A stretch of DNA of 64,000 nucleotides, taken from positions 4,096,001-4,160,000 of the forward strand of contig CBDASK010000003.1 in NCBI GenBank assembly GCA_965199495.1. The letters are read 5' to 3'. Origin of the DNA: Abditibacterium sp. Its GTDB lineage: Bacteria; Armatimonadota; Abditibacteriia; Abditibacteriales; Abditibacteriaceae. A program made the position numbers and the translations under genes. The stretch's first letter is position 1, and the number at the start of each line of letters is the position of its first letter. Under the pieces are notes generated by a model, which worked only from the letters and a program-made list of their open reading frames with translations, did no database searches and was not told where the DNA came from. Shown in pieces: positions 10,023 to 19,907 of the stretch.

Positions 10023-10104
10023 AGCGGCGGGGCTGACGCCCCCTTCCAATCGGCGGTTTTGCGAGGAACTCCGCCGATTGGAAGGGGGCGTCAGCCCCGC
10101 CGCT
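10023..10104. repeat. REP/MITE-like doublet with 34-bp perfect inverted arms
   Basis: Arms 10023-10056 and 10071-10104, each with an internal GGGGC-TGAC-GCCCC hairpin. Confidence 0.85.
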
Positions 10105-10141
10105 CAAACTATGATATTTCACCTGCGATAGAGAAGCGAAC

Positions 10142-11566
10142 TCAACCTCCGCCGCGCAGACGATCCGCCAGACTTGTGCGTTGGCCAGTCGAAAGCAGGC
10201 TGCCGCGCAGCGACATCTGCGAGTGCATTTCTTGACGGCGGTCGCTGGAAGTCGTCCAGCAGTAGGCTTGCACCTGCTCGACGCGGCCTTTGATGTCCAC
10301 TTTAATCGGGTCGAGATTGCGAATCATGGCGGGTGGCAGATGCGCGAGGGTGCGGTCGGAGAGTAGCAGCGAATGCGGCGGCGCGGCGCTCTGCATGCGC
10401 TGGGCGAAGTTGACGGCCTCGCCCAAAATCGTGCGCTGGCGGATTTCGGGCACGCCCAGATTCGCGACCGCGACAAAGCCGGTGTTCAAACCGACGCGCA
10501 CCTGAATCGGCACCGCCCAGTTGGCGGTGGGCCGCACTTCGCGCGATTCCTGCACCATTTTTTTGCTGGCCTCAAACGCTTCCACCGGCTCGGTGAAATA
10601 GGCCAACATACAATCGCCGATGAACTTGTCAATGGTGCCGCCGTGAACTTTGACGATATTATAAAGGCGCCCGAAATGATCGTTCAAAATCACCGCGACC
10701 TGCGTGGGCGTCAACCGCTCCGAAAGTTTGGTGAAGCCGACCAAATCGCAAAAACAAATCGTTAATTCTTGACGTTCCAAGTCGGCGATCTCTTCTTTGT
10801 TGCTGCGGAGCGCGTTCTGGGCGGCGTCCCACGTTTGGCCACCGACATAGCCGCGCACCAAACGCTCCATGCGCTCGCTCTCTTCGCGCATTTTTTCGAT
10901 CTCTTCTTCGCGCGCGCGCAACTGCAAACGCTGCGACTCCAAAACCTCCATGATGCGCCGGTTGGTGCGACCATGCCAACTCGCCATCAAATCGTGGTCG
11001 TTCCAGCGCCCGGTCATCGGCGCCAAACGCAACAGCGAAGCCAGACGGCCCGCCGCCGCGTCCACGGCTTCAGCATAGGTCGTCAGAAAACCTTCGTAAT
11101 AAGAAGAGTTGGAATCGGCGGGATTGAGCAGACCTTCGCTGTGCGCGAACAAAGCCGCGCCAAACGACGCCGACTCAACAACCACGCCGCGCTCATCCAA
11201 TAAGGCCGCGCCATTGGGAACGGGCACGGCGACGACGCCGCTCAAATTTAAATCGCAGTCGGGCGCGCCGAAAATCCAGACATCGGCGGTGCGCGCCAAA
11301 TTTTCGTAGTGCGCGGCGTCGGGCGCAATCGAACTCCAATGGCCCGCCATCACATAGACGCGCGCGCGTTCGCCAGTTCGTTCTCCGCACTGCGCGGCCA
11401 TCTGCTCAACTTCGCGGCGCACCATCGTCAGCGACGGCTCCAAAAACAGATTCATCGCCGCTTCGTCGCCCCACTCCTGCGCCTCAACCTCGGCGATAGT
11501 GAGCGCAATATCCCACAGGCTAAAAGTGCCCAGGGACATCTGCGAATCTTTGGGGACGGAATTCAT
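10142..11566 (-). CDS. Class III adenylate cyclase with N-terminal DICT-like sensor and coiled coil
   Basis: FCDLVGFT, IDKFIGD, VRVGLNTG, TILGEAVNFAQR; N-terminal YENLARTADVWIFG resembles DICT. Confidence 0.85.
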   Translation of the reverse strand: MNSVPKDSQMSLGTFSLWDIALTIAEVEAQEWGDEAAMNLFLEPSLTMVRREVEQMAAQCGERTGERARVYVMAGHWSSIAPDAAHYENLARTADVWIFGAPDCDLNLSGVVAVPVPNGAALLDERGVVVESASFGAALFAHSEGLLNPADSNSSYYEGFLTTYAEAVDAAAGRLASLLRLAPMTGRWNDHDLMASWHGRTNRRIMEVLESQRLQLRAREEEIEKMREESERMERLVRGYVGGQTWDAAQNALRSNKEEIADLERQELTICFCDLVGFTKLSERLTPTQVAVILNDHFGRLYNIVKVHGGTIDKFIGDCMLAYFTEPVEAFEASKKMVQESREVRPTANWAVPIQVRVGLNTGFVAVANLGVPEIRQRTILGEAVNFAQRMQSAAPPHSLLLSDRTLAHLPPAMIRNLDPIKVDIKGRVEQVQAYCWTTSSDRRQEMHSQMSLRGSLLSTGQRTSLADRLRGGG

Positions 11567-11750
11567 AAAAGCGGGGTTTTCCCTCCTTATTATTTTATCT
11601 TAATGCGCGAAAGTTGCCAGTGCCAATTGCAAATCTCAATTGACTAAATTCCCTCGCGAACGGCGCGTGGGACAAAAGGTAGACTAAATGACGCTTCAAT
11701 TCCCCCTTTTGTTCTACGGTGGCAACAACGCGCGCCGCTTCCTTTATACC

Positions 11751-13655
11751 ATGATTCAAGTTACTTTTCCCGACGGCAACGTCCGCGAATTTCCCGACCA
11801 CTCGACTCCGCTCGCCATCGCTCAATCCATCGGCTCAAGGTTGGCCAAGGCCGTTTTGGGCGCGAATGTCAACGACCAACCGTGGGATTTAACGCGCCCG
11901 CTCGAAGGCGATTCCGCTCTTCAACTTTACACCTGGGACGACGCGCAGGGACGCGAAGTTTATCGTCATTCTTCGACGCATTTAATGGCCCAGGCAATTC
12001 AAGAATTGTATCCCGACGCCAAGCTCACCATCGGCCCGCCTTTGGAAGACCGTTACTATTACGACATCGACGTGGCTGCTATTTCGGAAGACGATTTTCC
12101 CAAGATCGAAGCCAAAATGATGGAGCTGGCCCGCGCCGATTTGCCCATTACCTGCGAGACGATTTCGCGCGCCCACGCGCTCGAACTGTTCGCCGATAAT
12201 CCTTATAAAACCGAATTGATTAACGCTCTGCCCGACGACGCGCCCATTACAATTTATCGTCAGGGCACGTTTTTGGATTTGTGTCGCGGCCCGCACTTGC
12301 CTTCGACCGGTATGATTAAAGCCGTCAAATTGCTGTCGGTCGCCGGAGCGTTCTGGCGCGGCGACGCCGACAACGCGCAGTTGCAGCGACTTTACGGCAC
12401 CAGTTATCCCAGCCAAAAAGAGTTGGAGCAGCACATGGCGCGCTTGGAAGAAGCCAAGGCGCGCGACCATCGCAAGTTGGGCCGCGAGTTGGGTTTGTTC
12501 GTGCTATCGCCCGAAGTCGGCGCCGGTTTGCCGCTTTGGACGCCCAAAGGCGCCGCGATTCGTCACGCCCTCGAATCGTTTATTCGCAGTGAGCTGACCA
12601 AGCGCGGCTATCAAATGGTCGTTACGCCGCACATCGCCAACGCCAAGCTGTTCGAGACAAGCGGCCACGCCGTGGCTTACGTCGAGTCCATGTTCCCGAT
12701 GATGGAGCGCGACAACGACCGCTTTGTTTTGAAGCCGGTCAACTGCCCGATGCACATCGAACTTTACGCTTCGCAACCGCGCTCCTACCGCGATTTGCCG
12801 GTGCGATTGGCCGAATTTGGCACGGTTTATCGTTGGGAATTGTCCGGCGAAGTCGGCGGATTAACGAGGGTTCGCGGCTTCACCCAAGACGACGCGCATA
12901 TTTTTCTGCGCCCCGAACAGTTGGTCGAAGAGTTCAAATCGCAGGTCGAATTGGTTTTGCTCGTTCTCGGACGTCTGGGCCTGAGTTATACGGCGCGCGT
13001 TGGACTTCGCGATCCGCAGTCCGATAAATACGTCGGCTCGGACGAAGCGTGGGAGCAATCGCAAGCCGCGCTTTTGGAAGCGGTGCAGGAATTGGGCATG
13101 GATCACACCGTCGAAGAAGGCGAGGCCGCGATTTACGGCCCAAAGTTAGATTTCATCGTCAACGACGCCATCGGTCGCCAATGGCAGTTGGGCACGGTTC
13201 AAGTTGACTACGTTTTGCCCGAACGATTTGAACTCGAATACACCGGCTCCGATGGCCAAAAACATCGTCCGGTGATGATTCATCGCGCGCCCTTTGGCAG
13301 TTTGGAGCGGTTCACCGGCGTTCTCATCGAACATTTCGCCGGTGCTTTTCCGCTCTGGATGGCGCCAGTTCAGGTTCAGGTTTTGCCGATTGCCGACCGC
13401 CATTTCGATCATGCGCGCGATGTGGCTGCTAAGTTGAAAGAGGCCGGATTCCGCGTCGAAGTCAACGATGACAACGCCAAAATCGGCGCCAAAATCGCGA
13501 TTGCCGAAACGCAGAAAGTGCCGTATATGGCGATCATCGGCGACAAAGAAATCGAAGTGGGCGGCGTCAGTCTGCGCGCGCGCGGACGGCAAGATTTGGG
13601 CGCGATTGGCTTGGACGAGTTGATCGAGAAATTGAACGCCGAAGCGACTGTGTAA
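11751..13655 (+). CDS. thrS: Threonine--tRNA ligase
   Basis: TGS domain, HSSTH and DLCRGPH editing motifs, RDHRKLG, KPVNCPMH, RVRGFTQDDAHIF. Confidence 0.98.
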   Translation: MIQVTFPDGNVREFPDHSTPLAIAQSIGSRLAKAVLGANVNDQPWDLTRPLEGDSALQLYTWDDAQGREVYRHSSTHLMAQAIQELYPDAKLTIGPPLEDRYYYDIDVAAISEDDFPKIEAKMMELARADLPITCETISRAHALELFADNPYKTELINALPDDAPITIYRQGTFLDLCRGPHLPSTGMIKAVKLLSVAGAFWRGDADNAQLQRLYGTSYPSQKELEQHMARLEEAKARDHRKLGRELGLFVLSPEVGAGLPLWTPKGAAIRHALESFIRSELTKRGYQMVVTPHIANAKLFETSGHAVAYVESMFPMMERDNDRFVLKPVNCPMHIELYASQPRSYRDLPVRLAEFGTVYRWELSGEVGGLTRVRGFTQDDAHIFLRPEQLVEEFKSQVELVLLVLGRLGLSYTARVGLRDPQSDKYVGSDEAWEQSQAALLEAVQELGMDHTVEEGEAAIYGPKLDFIVNDAIGRQWQLGTVQVDYVLPERFELEYTGSDGQKHRPVMIHRAPFGSLERFTGVLIEHFAGAFPLWMAPVQVQVLPIADRHFDHARDVAAKLKEAGFRVEVNDDNAKIGAKIAIAETQKVPYMAIIGDKEIEVGGVSLRARGRQDLGAIGLDELIEKLNAEATV

Positions 13656-13669
13656 GTTTTTCTTGGAGG

Positions 13670-13745
13670 CACAAAAAGCACAAAAGAGAATGGAGAACCG
13701 ATAGACAATCACGCTGGTTCTTCATTCCCTTTCGTGCTTTTTGTG
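13670..13745. repeat. Imperfect inverted repeat with 9-mer periodic ends
   Basis: CACAAAAAG-CACAAAAG ... CTTTCGTG-CTTTTTGTG. Confidence 0.7.
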
Positions 13746-13758
13746 TTCAAATTTTCTT

Positions 13759-14175
13759 ATGAAATTCGCTCTTACTTTCGCGCCCGACACGCGCGAGCCA
13801 ATCATTGGACGCACACTTTCGCAGTTGCATCTGGCGTTCAAACGGGGGCTTGGCGGCGAGATTTTTCAGGTTCAACTCGATCCCGAAAAAGACGACGGAA
13901 CAATTGAAGGTTTGAACGCCTTTTTCAACGCCAAGCGCGCGTGGCTTATCTGGAGCAACGCCGATGGCGAATGGCTTTATCCAGTCAATACCGAACACGC
14001 CGCGTTAGAGCCGATTGAAGAAGATTGTTTCATCGAAAACGGGCAGTTGGACAGCTACTCAATCGCGTGGAGTCATGGGCGCGAACGCGCGATTCGCGTG
14101 TTAATTCACTATTTCGAGACCAGCGCACTGGCGCCGTGGCTGCATTGGACGAGCGAAGAATATTGGATAAATTAA
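13759..14175 (+). CDS. Putative Imm1-family immunity protein
   Basis: About 138 aa; C-terminal AIRVLIHYFETSALAPWLHW pattern resembles Imm1. Confidence 0.55.
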   Translation: MKFALTFAPDTREPIIGRTLSQLHLAFKRGLGGEIFQVQLDPEKDDGTIEGLNAFFNAKRAWLIWSNADGEWLYPVNTEHAALEPIEEDCFIENGQLDSYSIAWSHGRERAIRVLIHYFETSALAPWLHWTSEEYWIN

Positions 14176-15212
14176 CGCAGCCGCCAGCGCCAAATTTTGC
14201 CTTGATTATCGAGCGTATAGAAGGTATCGCCGTTCGGATCGAGAGCCAAGGCTTGTGCGCCGTGAGGGCCGGGCACTTTACCCAAATCGCGTCCGGTGCG
14301 CGCGTTGCTTTGGGCGGCAGAAGGATTCAACAAACTGATAATGCGTTGACTATCGGCACTCCACGCCCAGAAGTAGTCCTGAAATTTGTTCCACATCTTT
14401 ACGCCTGTGCGCGCATCGTGAACGATGAGAAGTCCTTTGGCGCCTTCGGGAAAAAATGCCCACAACCTTCCATCGGGCGACAAACGGGCGTTACGCTCAA
14501 CATCCTCATAAGCCCAAAGCCCACGCTGTTTGCCGGTTTTGGTATCGTAGATGGCGACGACGGTTTTGGCGATGCCATTGGCCAGAGCGAGAACCGTTGT
14601 GCCATCGGCGCTGACGTGGCTCTGTGGTGGGAGCGGAAGTCTGGTGTTTTGAAGCGTGGGTAAATCGAAGTTCCATTGCCGGATTGTTTTGCCAGTTTGC
14701 GTATCAACGACCGATGCTCCCTGATTGGTCGAGACAACCAATTGTTTGTCCGATAAAAACGCGGCGCCTTGCAGATTGCCGAGATAATGCCCCGGCAGAA
14801 TCGCGCGACGCTGTTTGCCGGTGGCAACATCAACCAAAATGACGCGGAAGTTCGCGCGCCCGAAAACGCTGGTATCTTCGGCGACAGCCAATGTTTGGCT
14901 ATCGGGCGAGAAAGCCATCGGAAACTGAGCATAATCTGGCGCGGTGTGTTGCCAGAGTTGCTCGCGCGTTTGCGGCGCCCACAGCGTCAAAACAATTTTG
15001 GTTCGCAGCGTAACCACCGAAGCCAGAATTTTTCCGTTGGGCGAAACCAAAAGTTTGGGGCCGACGATTGCCGAAGGCAACATTCCCGGCCCATTCATGG
15101 GTTGAGTCGGATTCACGCCAACCAACTTCGGGCGCCACGACGCGGCTTGAGCCATCCACGCAAGTAACGCGAGCGGGACGATGAGCAGGAGCCAGCGACG
15201 TTTGAATTTCAT
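14172..15212 (-). CDS. Exported WD40/beta-propeller protein
   Basis: N-terminal TM; repeated (F/L/V)SP(D/N)(G/S) turns; start MKFKRRW. Confidence 0.8.
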   Translation of the reverse strand: MKFKRRWLLLIVPLALLAWMAQAASWRPKLVGVNPTQPMNGPGMLPSAIVGPKLLVSPNGKILASVVTLRTKIVLTLWAPQTREQLWQHTAPDYAQFPMAFSPDSQTLAVAEDTSVFGRANFRVILVDVATGKQRRAILPGHYLGNLQGAAFLSDKQLVVSTNQGASVVDTQTGKTIRQWNFDLPTLQNTRLPLPPQSHVSADGTTVLALANGIAKTVVAIYDTKTGKQRGLWAYEDVERNARLSPDGRLWAFFPEGAKGLLIVHDARTGVKMWNKFQDYFWAWSADSQRIISLLNPSAAQSNARTGRDLGKVPGPHGAQALALDPNGDTFYTLDNQGKIWRWRLR

Positions 15213-15364
15213 TGGAGTAAATCTTAGCGCGGCATCCATCGGCGAATTTTGGCATCGTGCGCGGGCGGCAAATTCGCGAGCAACTAATCGCGCAAAAACA
15301 GGTGCGCTTCGAGTTGCTCGTGCGCGGTCGGATCGAAGGGGGAATCGAACTCGAAACGCGCAGT

Positions 15365-18300
15365 TTATTCCAAACCACTGCCCAAAACTTTGACTTTCGC
15401 GCCCCCGATTTCGCCCTGCCACAGCGCGTGCGTGCAAAACTCGTGTCGCAGTTTTTGCCACAATTGCGCGTTTAAAAACGTCGTTTCATCGAGCGGCACC
15501 AAATCGAAAACCGATTTGGCCGCCACCAAAATCAGCTTCTCTTTGGCGCGACTGAGCGAGACGCACAAACGGCGCGGATCGAGCAAAAAGCCGCCGTTAT
15601 GCAGCAGATAAAGCGGGTCGCTTTCGGTCGCCGAAAACGCCATCACGCGGCGCTGGTCGCCCTGAAAGCGTTCGACGGTGTCCACTTTCCAACGCGCGTC
15701 GCCCAACAAGGCGCGTTGCGCGCGGTGCGGCACCACGATGCCCAATCCGTCTTTCACATCGAGCGCGTATAAGTCGGCTTGCGTGAGTTGCTCCAGAATC
15801 GGGCGCAGCACGTTGTTTTCGCTGCGGTTTTCCAAAATCGAGACGGCCTCGTCGTGAATAATCAAGACAATTGGATGGTCGGGCGCCAAAACTGCCGCGC
15901 TGAAGTCGTCGGCGTGGCTGCATATCGGCAAGACCTTGACTTTGTTCGAGTGGTAATGGATGCCGTCCTGCGCATAAATTGCCTCGCCCAGAAACTGCGC
16001 CATGCGCGCGTGCAAACGAAAGCTCTCCTCGAACGCGATTTTGACTGGATTGCGCGCTTCGACGGCGGCGTAAAGCGACTCGAACGCCGCCTGTCCCTCG
16101 AAGACGCGATGCGATTCGGAATCCCATTCGTGCTTGGTTATCGGCGGCATCTGACGCGGATCGCCCACGACGATCAAAGTCGAATCGCCCGCATGCGCGA
16201 CCGCCGCCAGACACGCCAGAGGCTGATTCATCTGCGACGCTTCGTCCACAATCAGCGCGTTGAAATAGCGCGCCTCCTGCTTTTTGTCGGCGTTCCAAAC
16301 CTTGCGCACGCCCATCGGCACCGCGCCCGCGATGCAATAATCGCTGCCCATCAGCGCCTCGCGCGGCCAAATCCAATCGCTGTTGTAAGCCTCGGCTTCC
16401 TTTTTGTCGCTCCACAGCGGGAACAGATAATCTTGTTCGATAAAATCGGTCGAGGTGCCCTGCAAGCGAAACAACGGCAATTCGAGCAAACGCGCATCGA
16501 AAAACTGCGCGAACAATTCCGGCTGATTTTCCCGCACTTCGCGCAATTTCTCCAACGCTTCGTGAACATCTTTGAGCGCGACGTTGACCGCGTTGTGCGT
16601 GTGCGCGCAAATCAAAGCGCGCCACGGAATCTGGGCCGCCATCGCGCCCTGTGCGCGTGCCAAAAGCGCGAACGCCGTCGCATAAGTTTTGCCGGTTCCC
16701 GGCGGGCCTTGAACCAACACTAAGAGCGCGCCGCCCCATGCGCCGATGTAGGCTTCTTTCGATGGCTCGAAGACGAAAACGTCTGTGCCCAACTGTTTCA
16801 AACCCGCCAAAAACTTCGCTTGCCCCGCAGCAGCCACGGCGGGCCAATTGGGCGCTGGGGCGTTGCCGCTCAGCAAATCATAGACGAAATTTGGCTCGCC
16901 CTGCGCGATTTTTTCGTGCTGCTTGAAGCACATCGAACCCGACCAATCGTTGGGATTCGGGTCGAGCGAATAGGTCTCGCCGTCCTCGAACGCGCAGTTG
17001 TCGCCGCCAAACGTGAAATTATGGCCGTCGCCGCCCATCGCGCTGTCGGGCTGCACTTCGAGCCAGCCGGCCTCGTTTTCGATATACGGCGCGCGCACAA
17101 CTTTCGCGTTTTTCGAGAAAATCAAAAGTTGCCGCACCGTCGGATGAAACATTGTGCGCTCGCTTTCGGGCAGACGCGAATCGAAGGTCTGGCGCTCGTG
17201 AATCCACACGAAATCGCCCTCGCGAAAAGTCGCGATTCCCAGCGCATCTTCGAGCGAACAATCGCAGCCCGTCGTCTCAATGCGCAGCTTAACGGCGATC
17301 TCGAAATCGATCAATTTACTGCTCATCTCATCGGGATATTTGACGCGCTTGTCGCTGGTCTTGCGATGTTCTTCTTTATAGGCCGCGCGCTTTTCCAGCA
17401 GTTCGCGGTTAAGCGCGTTTTGCGCGCGGGTTTCGTCGGTCTGGTCGGCTTCGACATAGCGCACGACCAGACTATCGCCCGAAAGCATCCGCCGTTCGGG
17501 CGGCGCGTGGCGCACGGATTTCCACTCGCTCAGTTCGGCCAATCGTTCCATCTGCAAAAAGGTTTGCAACGCGTCCACAAACGACGGCTCTTTCGCCTGA
17601 AAATCGAGCAGTTCGTTCAGTTCATAGGGTCGAATCGTGGTTTTGGTGTTGCCCCGAAACTTGCCCGCGATGTGCGCGATGGCATTCAAACGCCGCTCAC
17701 AAAACGCGGTCAAGTCGTCGGTTGTCACGTCGCGAAATCCGCGAAACGGTTCGTCGCGCCCACTCGGAACGGGCAGGGCGCCCCACGCGCCATACAAATA
17801 TTCGAGCGGAATCTGGCTGGTGAAGCGCGACCTCGCGGTAAACCATGTGGTTTCATCGTCCAAAGTGCTGCCGTCATCGAACAAGCCACGCCGGAAGCGT
17901 TTCATGGTTTCGGCGCCCCAATCGAAGCGAAGATAACGCGCTAAAATTTGCAGCGACGGCGAAAGTAACGGGAAATTTTTCAACTGGCGCGCCTCGGAAT
18001 CGAGCGTCGAAACCACGAACGAATCGCCCGATGGCAACTGTTTGAGAAAATCGAAAACTGGGGCGCACGCGATGAGCGTCACGAAATGACGGCCCAGTGC
18101 ATCGAGCCAAATGCGCTGCGTGGCGCGGTCGAAAAACGTGACGTGAATCGGCGCCTCGAAAGTCAAAACGCCGTCTTCGTCAATATACTCGGCATCGTTG
18201 GCCATTTGGGCCGCGATTTCTTGCGCCTGACCGAAAAACTGGCGAATCAGTTCGCGTTCGATTTCGGCGCTGTCGGGTGGCGCTGAGGCCAGTTGCACCA

Positions 18301-19630
18301 AATTGCGCTCGCTAACGGGCACGCCGTCGCGGTAAGCCACGAAGCGCGCGCCCAGATAGGTGGCGCGGTCGTTGACGAAATCCAGCCCGGCATCGAGATA
18401 AATCCGCACGATGTTGGCGTTAATTTCGGGCGTGACGTAGGGCAACGTGCCCTCGCCTCGCGACGGCATATAGCTCTTGAAGCCGGGCGTGCGCAGAAAC
18501 GCGTGCGCGCGATGAATCAGTTCATCCAAACGTGCGCCGACCTGCCGGTCGCCCGCCAAACGCGCGACTTTGAGTTCCTGCCCCGCGACGGTTTGCAGTT
18601 CGTTCCAGCCGCGCGGATCATCGGCATTGGCGGGCGTATCGCGCGGCGTTTTGAGTTGGGCCAAATCGGCAATATCGCCGATGCCGCCCGCTTTCAAGGC
18701 GCCTTTTTCGACCGAGGTGAGATAGGGCAGCAACGACAAATCGCGCGTTTGCGCCGACTCTTTCAGGCAAAATTCGGCGAAAACGCAGGTGTCACACTTT
18801 TTGGTCAGATGAAATTCGACCGCCCCAAAATCTTTGACCGCGATGGTTTTTGCCGTCGAATCTGGGTCGAAAACCAGCCGCTTCAAACTGTTGAGATAAG
18901 TGTGTTCGTCGTCGCACGCTTCAAAAAACCATTCGTCCAAACCCCAGACCTCGCGGGCGGCGTGGCTGTGTTTCTCCAACAGCTCGACCTGCTCGACCAA
19001 CAAGCCTTCGCGGTCGCCCGGCCCGCGATACAAAACACCAAACTTCAAGCTCGCAATCGGTTCATTGGCGCGCGCAAACAGCGCTTCAATCATGCGATAA
19101 TAAAACGCCAATTGCAACCGGTGTTCGACTTTGGCGCGCTGCGACGCCTTCATATCGGCGATGAGAAGGTGCAATCCGCCGTTTTCGTCGCGACTCAGCC
19201 GCAATAAATCAATCACGCCGCGCATCTGCCAACCGTCGAGTTCGGCGCCCAGCGTCACCTGCGTTTTGATGACGCACTGGCCAGCAGCCACGGCGCGCGC
19301 GGTCGCCAATAATCGTTGGTTGGCCCCGTCCAAACTCGCCAAACTGCCATCGTCCCGCGCCGTTTTATCGGTTGGCTCCAATCCCAAAGCCGCTTCGACT
19401 TGTTCCTCGAACTGGCCGCCCGAACTTGTCAACAACGGCGGAATCGTCTGGCGGCGTAGGCCCGACTCTTCGAGCCATTTCGCGTTGATATTGGTTGTAT
19501 GCAACCGCAATCGCAAAAAGCGTTCGCAACCTTCGAGGCGGCCAAAACCGCCGATGTCGGTCGGCGCCAACGTGCGCGGCGCGGCGAAATCGAGAACGGG
19601 GAAAGCGGAGTTGAGAGCGGACGAATTCAT
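15365..19630 (-). CDS. PD-(D/E)XK Fe-S nuclease fused to SF1 (Upf1/Dna2-like) helicase
   Basis: GVIDLL..IADMK..QLAFY; Cys35 plus CDTCVFAEFC; QGPPGTGKT, DEASQ, VGDPRQMPP, TVERFQG, SRAK. Confidence 0.88.
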   Translation of the reverse strand: MNSSALNSAFPVLDFAAPRTLAPTDIGGFGRLEGCERFLRLRLHTTNINAKWLEESGLRRQTIPPLLTSSGGQFEEQVEAALGLEPTDKTARDDGSLASLDGANQRLLATARAVAAGQCVIKTQVTLGAELDGWQMRGVIDLLRLSRDENGGLHLLIADMKASQRAKVEHRLQLAFYYRMIEALFARANEPIASLKFGVLYRGPGDREGLLVEQVELLEKHSHAAREVWGLDEWFFEACDDEHTYLNSLKRLVFDPDSTAKTIAVKDFGAVEFHLTKKCDTCVFAEFCLKESAQTRDLSLLPYLTSVEKGALKAGGIGDIADLAQLKTPRDTPANADDPRGWNELQTVAGQELKVARLAGDRQVGARLDELIHRAHAFLRTPGFKSYMPSRGEGTLPYVTPEINANIVRIYLDAGLDFVNDRATYLGARFVAYRDGVPVSERNLVQLASAPPDSAEIERELIRQFFGQAQEIAAQMANDAEYIDEDGVLTFEAPIHVTFFDRATQRIWLDALGRHFVTLIACAPVFDFLKQLPSGDSFVVSTLDSEARQLKNFPLLSPSLQILARYLRFDWGAETMKRFRRGLFDDGSTLDDETTWFTARSRFTSQIPLEYLYGAWGALPVPSGRDEPFRGFRDVTTDDLTAFCERRLNAIAHIAGKFRGNTKTTIRPYELNELLDFQAKEPSFVDALQTFLQMERLAELSEWKSVRHAPPERRMLSGDSLVVRYVEADQTDETRAQNALNRELLEKRAAYKEEHRKTSDKRVKYPDEMSSKLIDFEIAVKLRIETTGCDCSLEDALGIATFREGDFVWIHERQTFDSRLPESERTMFHPTVRQLLIFSKNAKVVRAPYIENEAGWLEVQPDSAMGGDGHNFTFGGDNCAFEDGETYSLDPNPNDWSGSMCFKQHEKIAQGEPNFVYDLLSGNAPAPNWPAVAAAGQAKFLAGLKQLGTDVFVFEPSKEAYIGAWGGALLVLVQGPPGTGKTYATAFALLARAQGAMAAQIPWRALICAHTHNAVNVALKDVHEALEKLREVRENQPELFAQFFDARLLELPLFRLQGTSTDFIEQDYLFPLWSDKKEAEAYNSDWIWPREALMGSDYCIAGAVPMGVRKVWNADKKQEARYFNALIVDEASQMNQPLACLAAVAHAGDSTLIVVGDPRQMPPITKHEWDSESHRVFEGQAAFESLYAAVEARNPVKIAFEESFRLHARMAQFLGEAIYAQDGIHYHSNKVKVLPICSHADDFSAAVLAPDHPIVLIIHDEAVSILENRSENNVLRPILEQLTQADLYALDVKDGLGIVVPHRAQRALLGDARWKVDTVERFQGDQRRVMAFSATESDPLYLLHNGGFLLDPRRLCVSLSRAKEKLILVAAKSVFDLVPLDETTFLNAQLWQKLRHEFCTHALWQGEIGGAKVKVLGSGLE

Positions 19631-19697
19631 AAAAGCGCGCTTGGAAACGGCGCAATGAATTTTAATTTACTCTCAGCGATAACGCCATTGTGTCAAC

Positions 19698-19726
19698 AAA
19701 AAAGCCCCCGATTTCTCGGAGGCTTT
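19698..19726 (-). terminator. Intrinsic terminator after tRNA-Ile
   Basis: Minus strand AAAGCCTCCGAGAAATCGGGGGCTTTTTT. Confidence 0.75.
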
Positions 19727-19737
19727 GGTTTTCTATT

Positions 19738-19811
19738 TGGGCCCACCTGGATTCGAACCAGAGACCTCTACATTATCAGTGTAGCGCTCTAACCAACTGA
19801 GCTATGGGCCC
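19738..19811 (-). tRNA. tRNA-Ile(GAT), CCA not encoded
   Basis: GGGCCCA acceptor stem, AGCTCAGTTGGTTAGAGC D-arm, CTACA-CTGATAA-TGTAG anticodon arm, GGTTCGAATCC T-arm. Confidence 0.97.
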
Positions 19812-19907
19812 GACTTACGTCGTTCGTGCGAAAGAAAGCTCGCCAAACGCAAGAGGAAATTCTACCCAATCTTCGCGGGTTTGACAACCCCTTTAAACAA
19901 AAAATCT

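Noticed and set aside
13655..19811. tRNA-anchored genomic island
   Set aside because: No integrase and no duplicated tRNA 3' end found by eye; codon usage is host-like.
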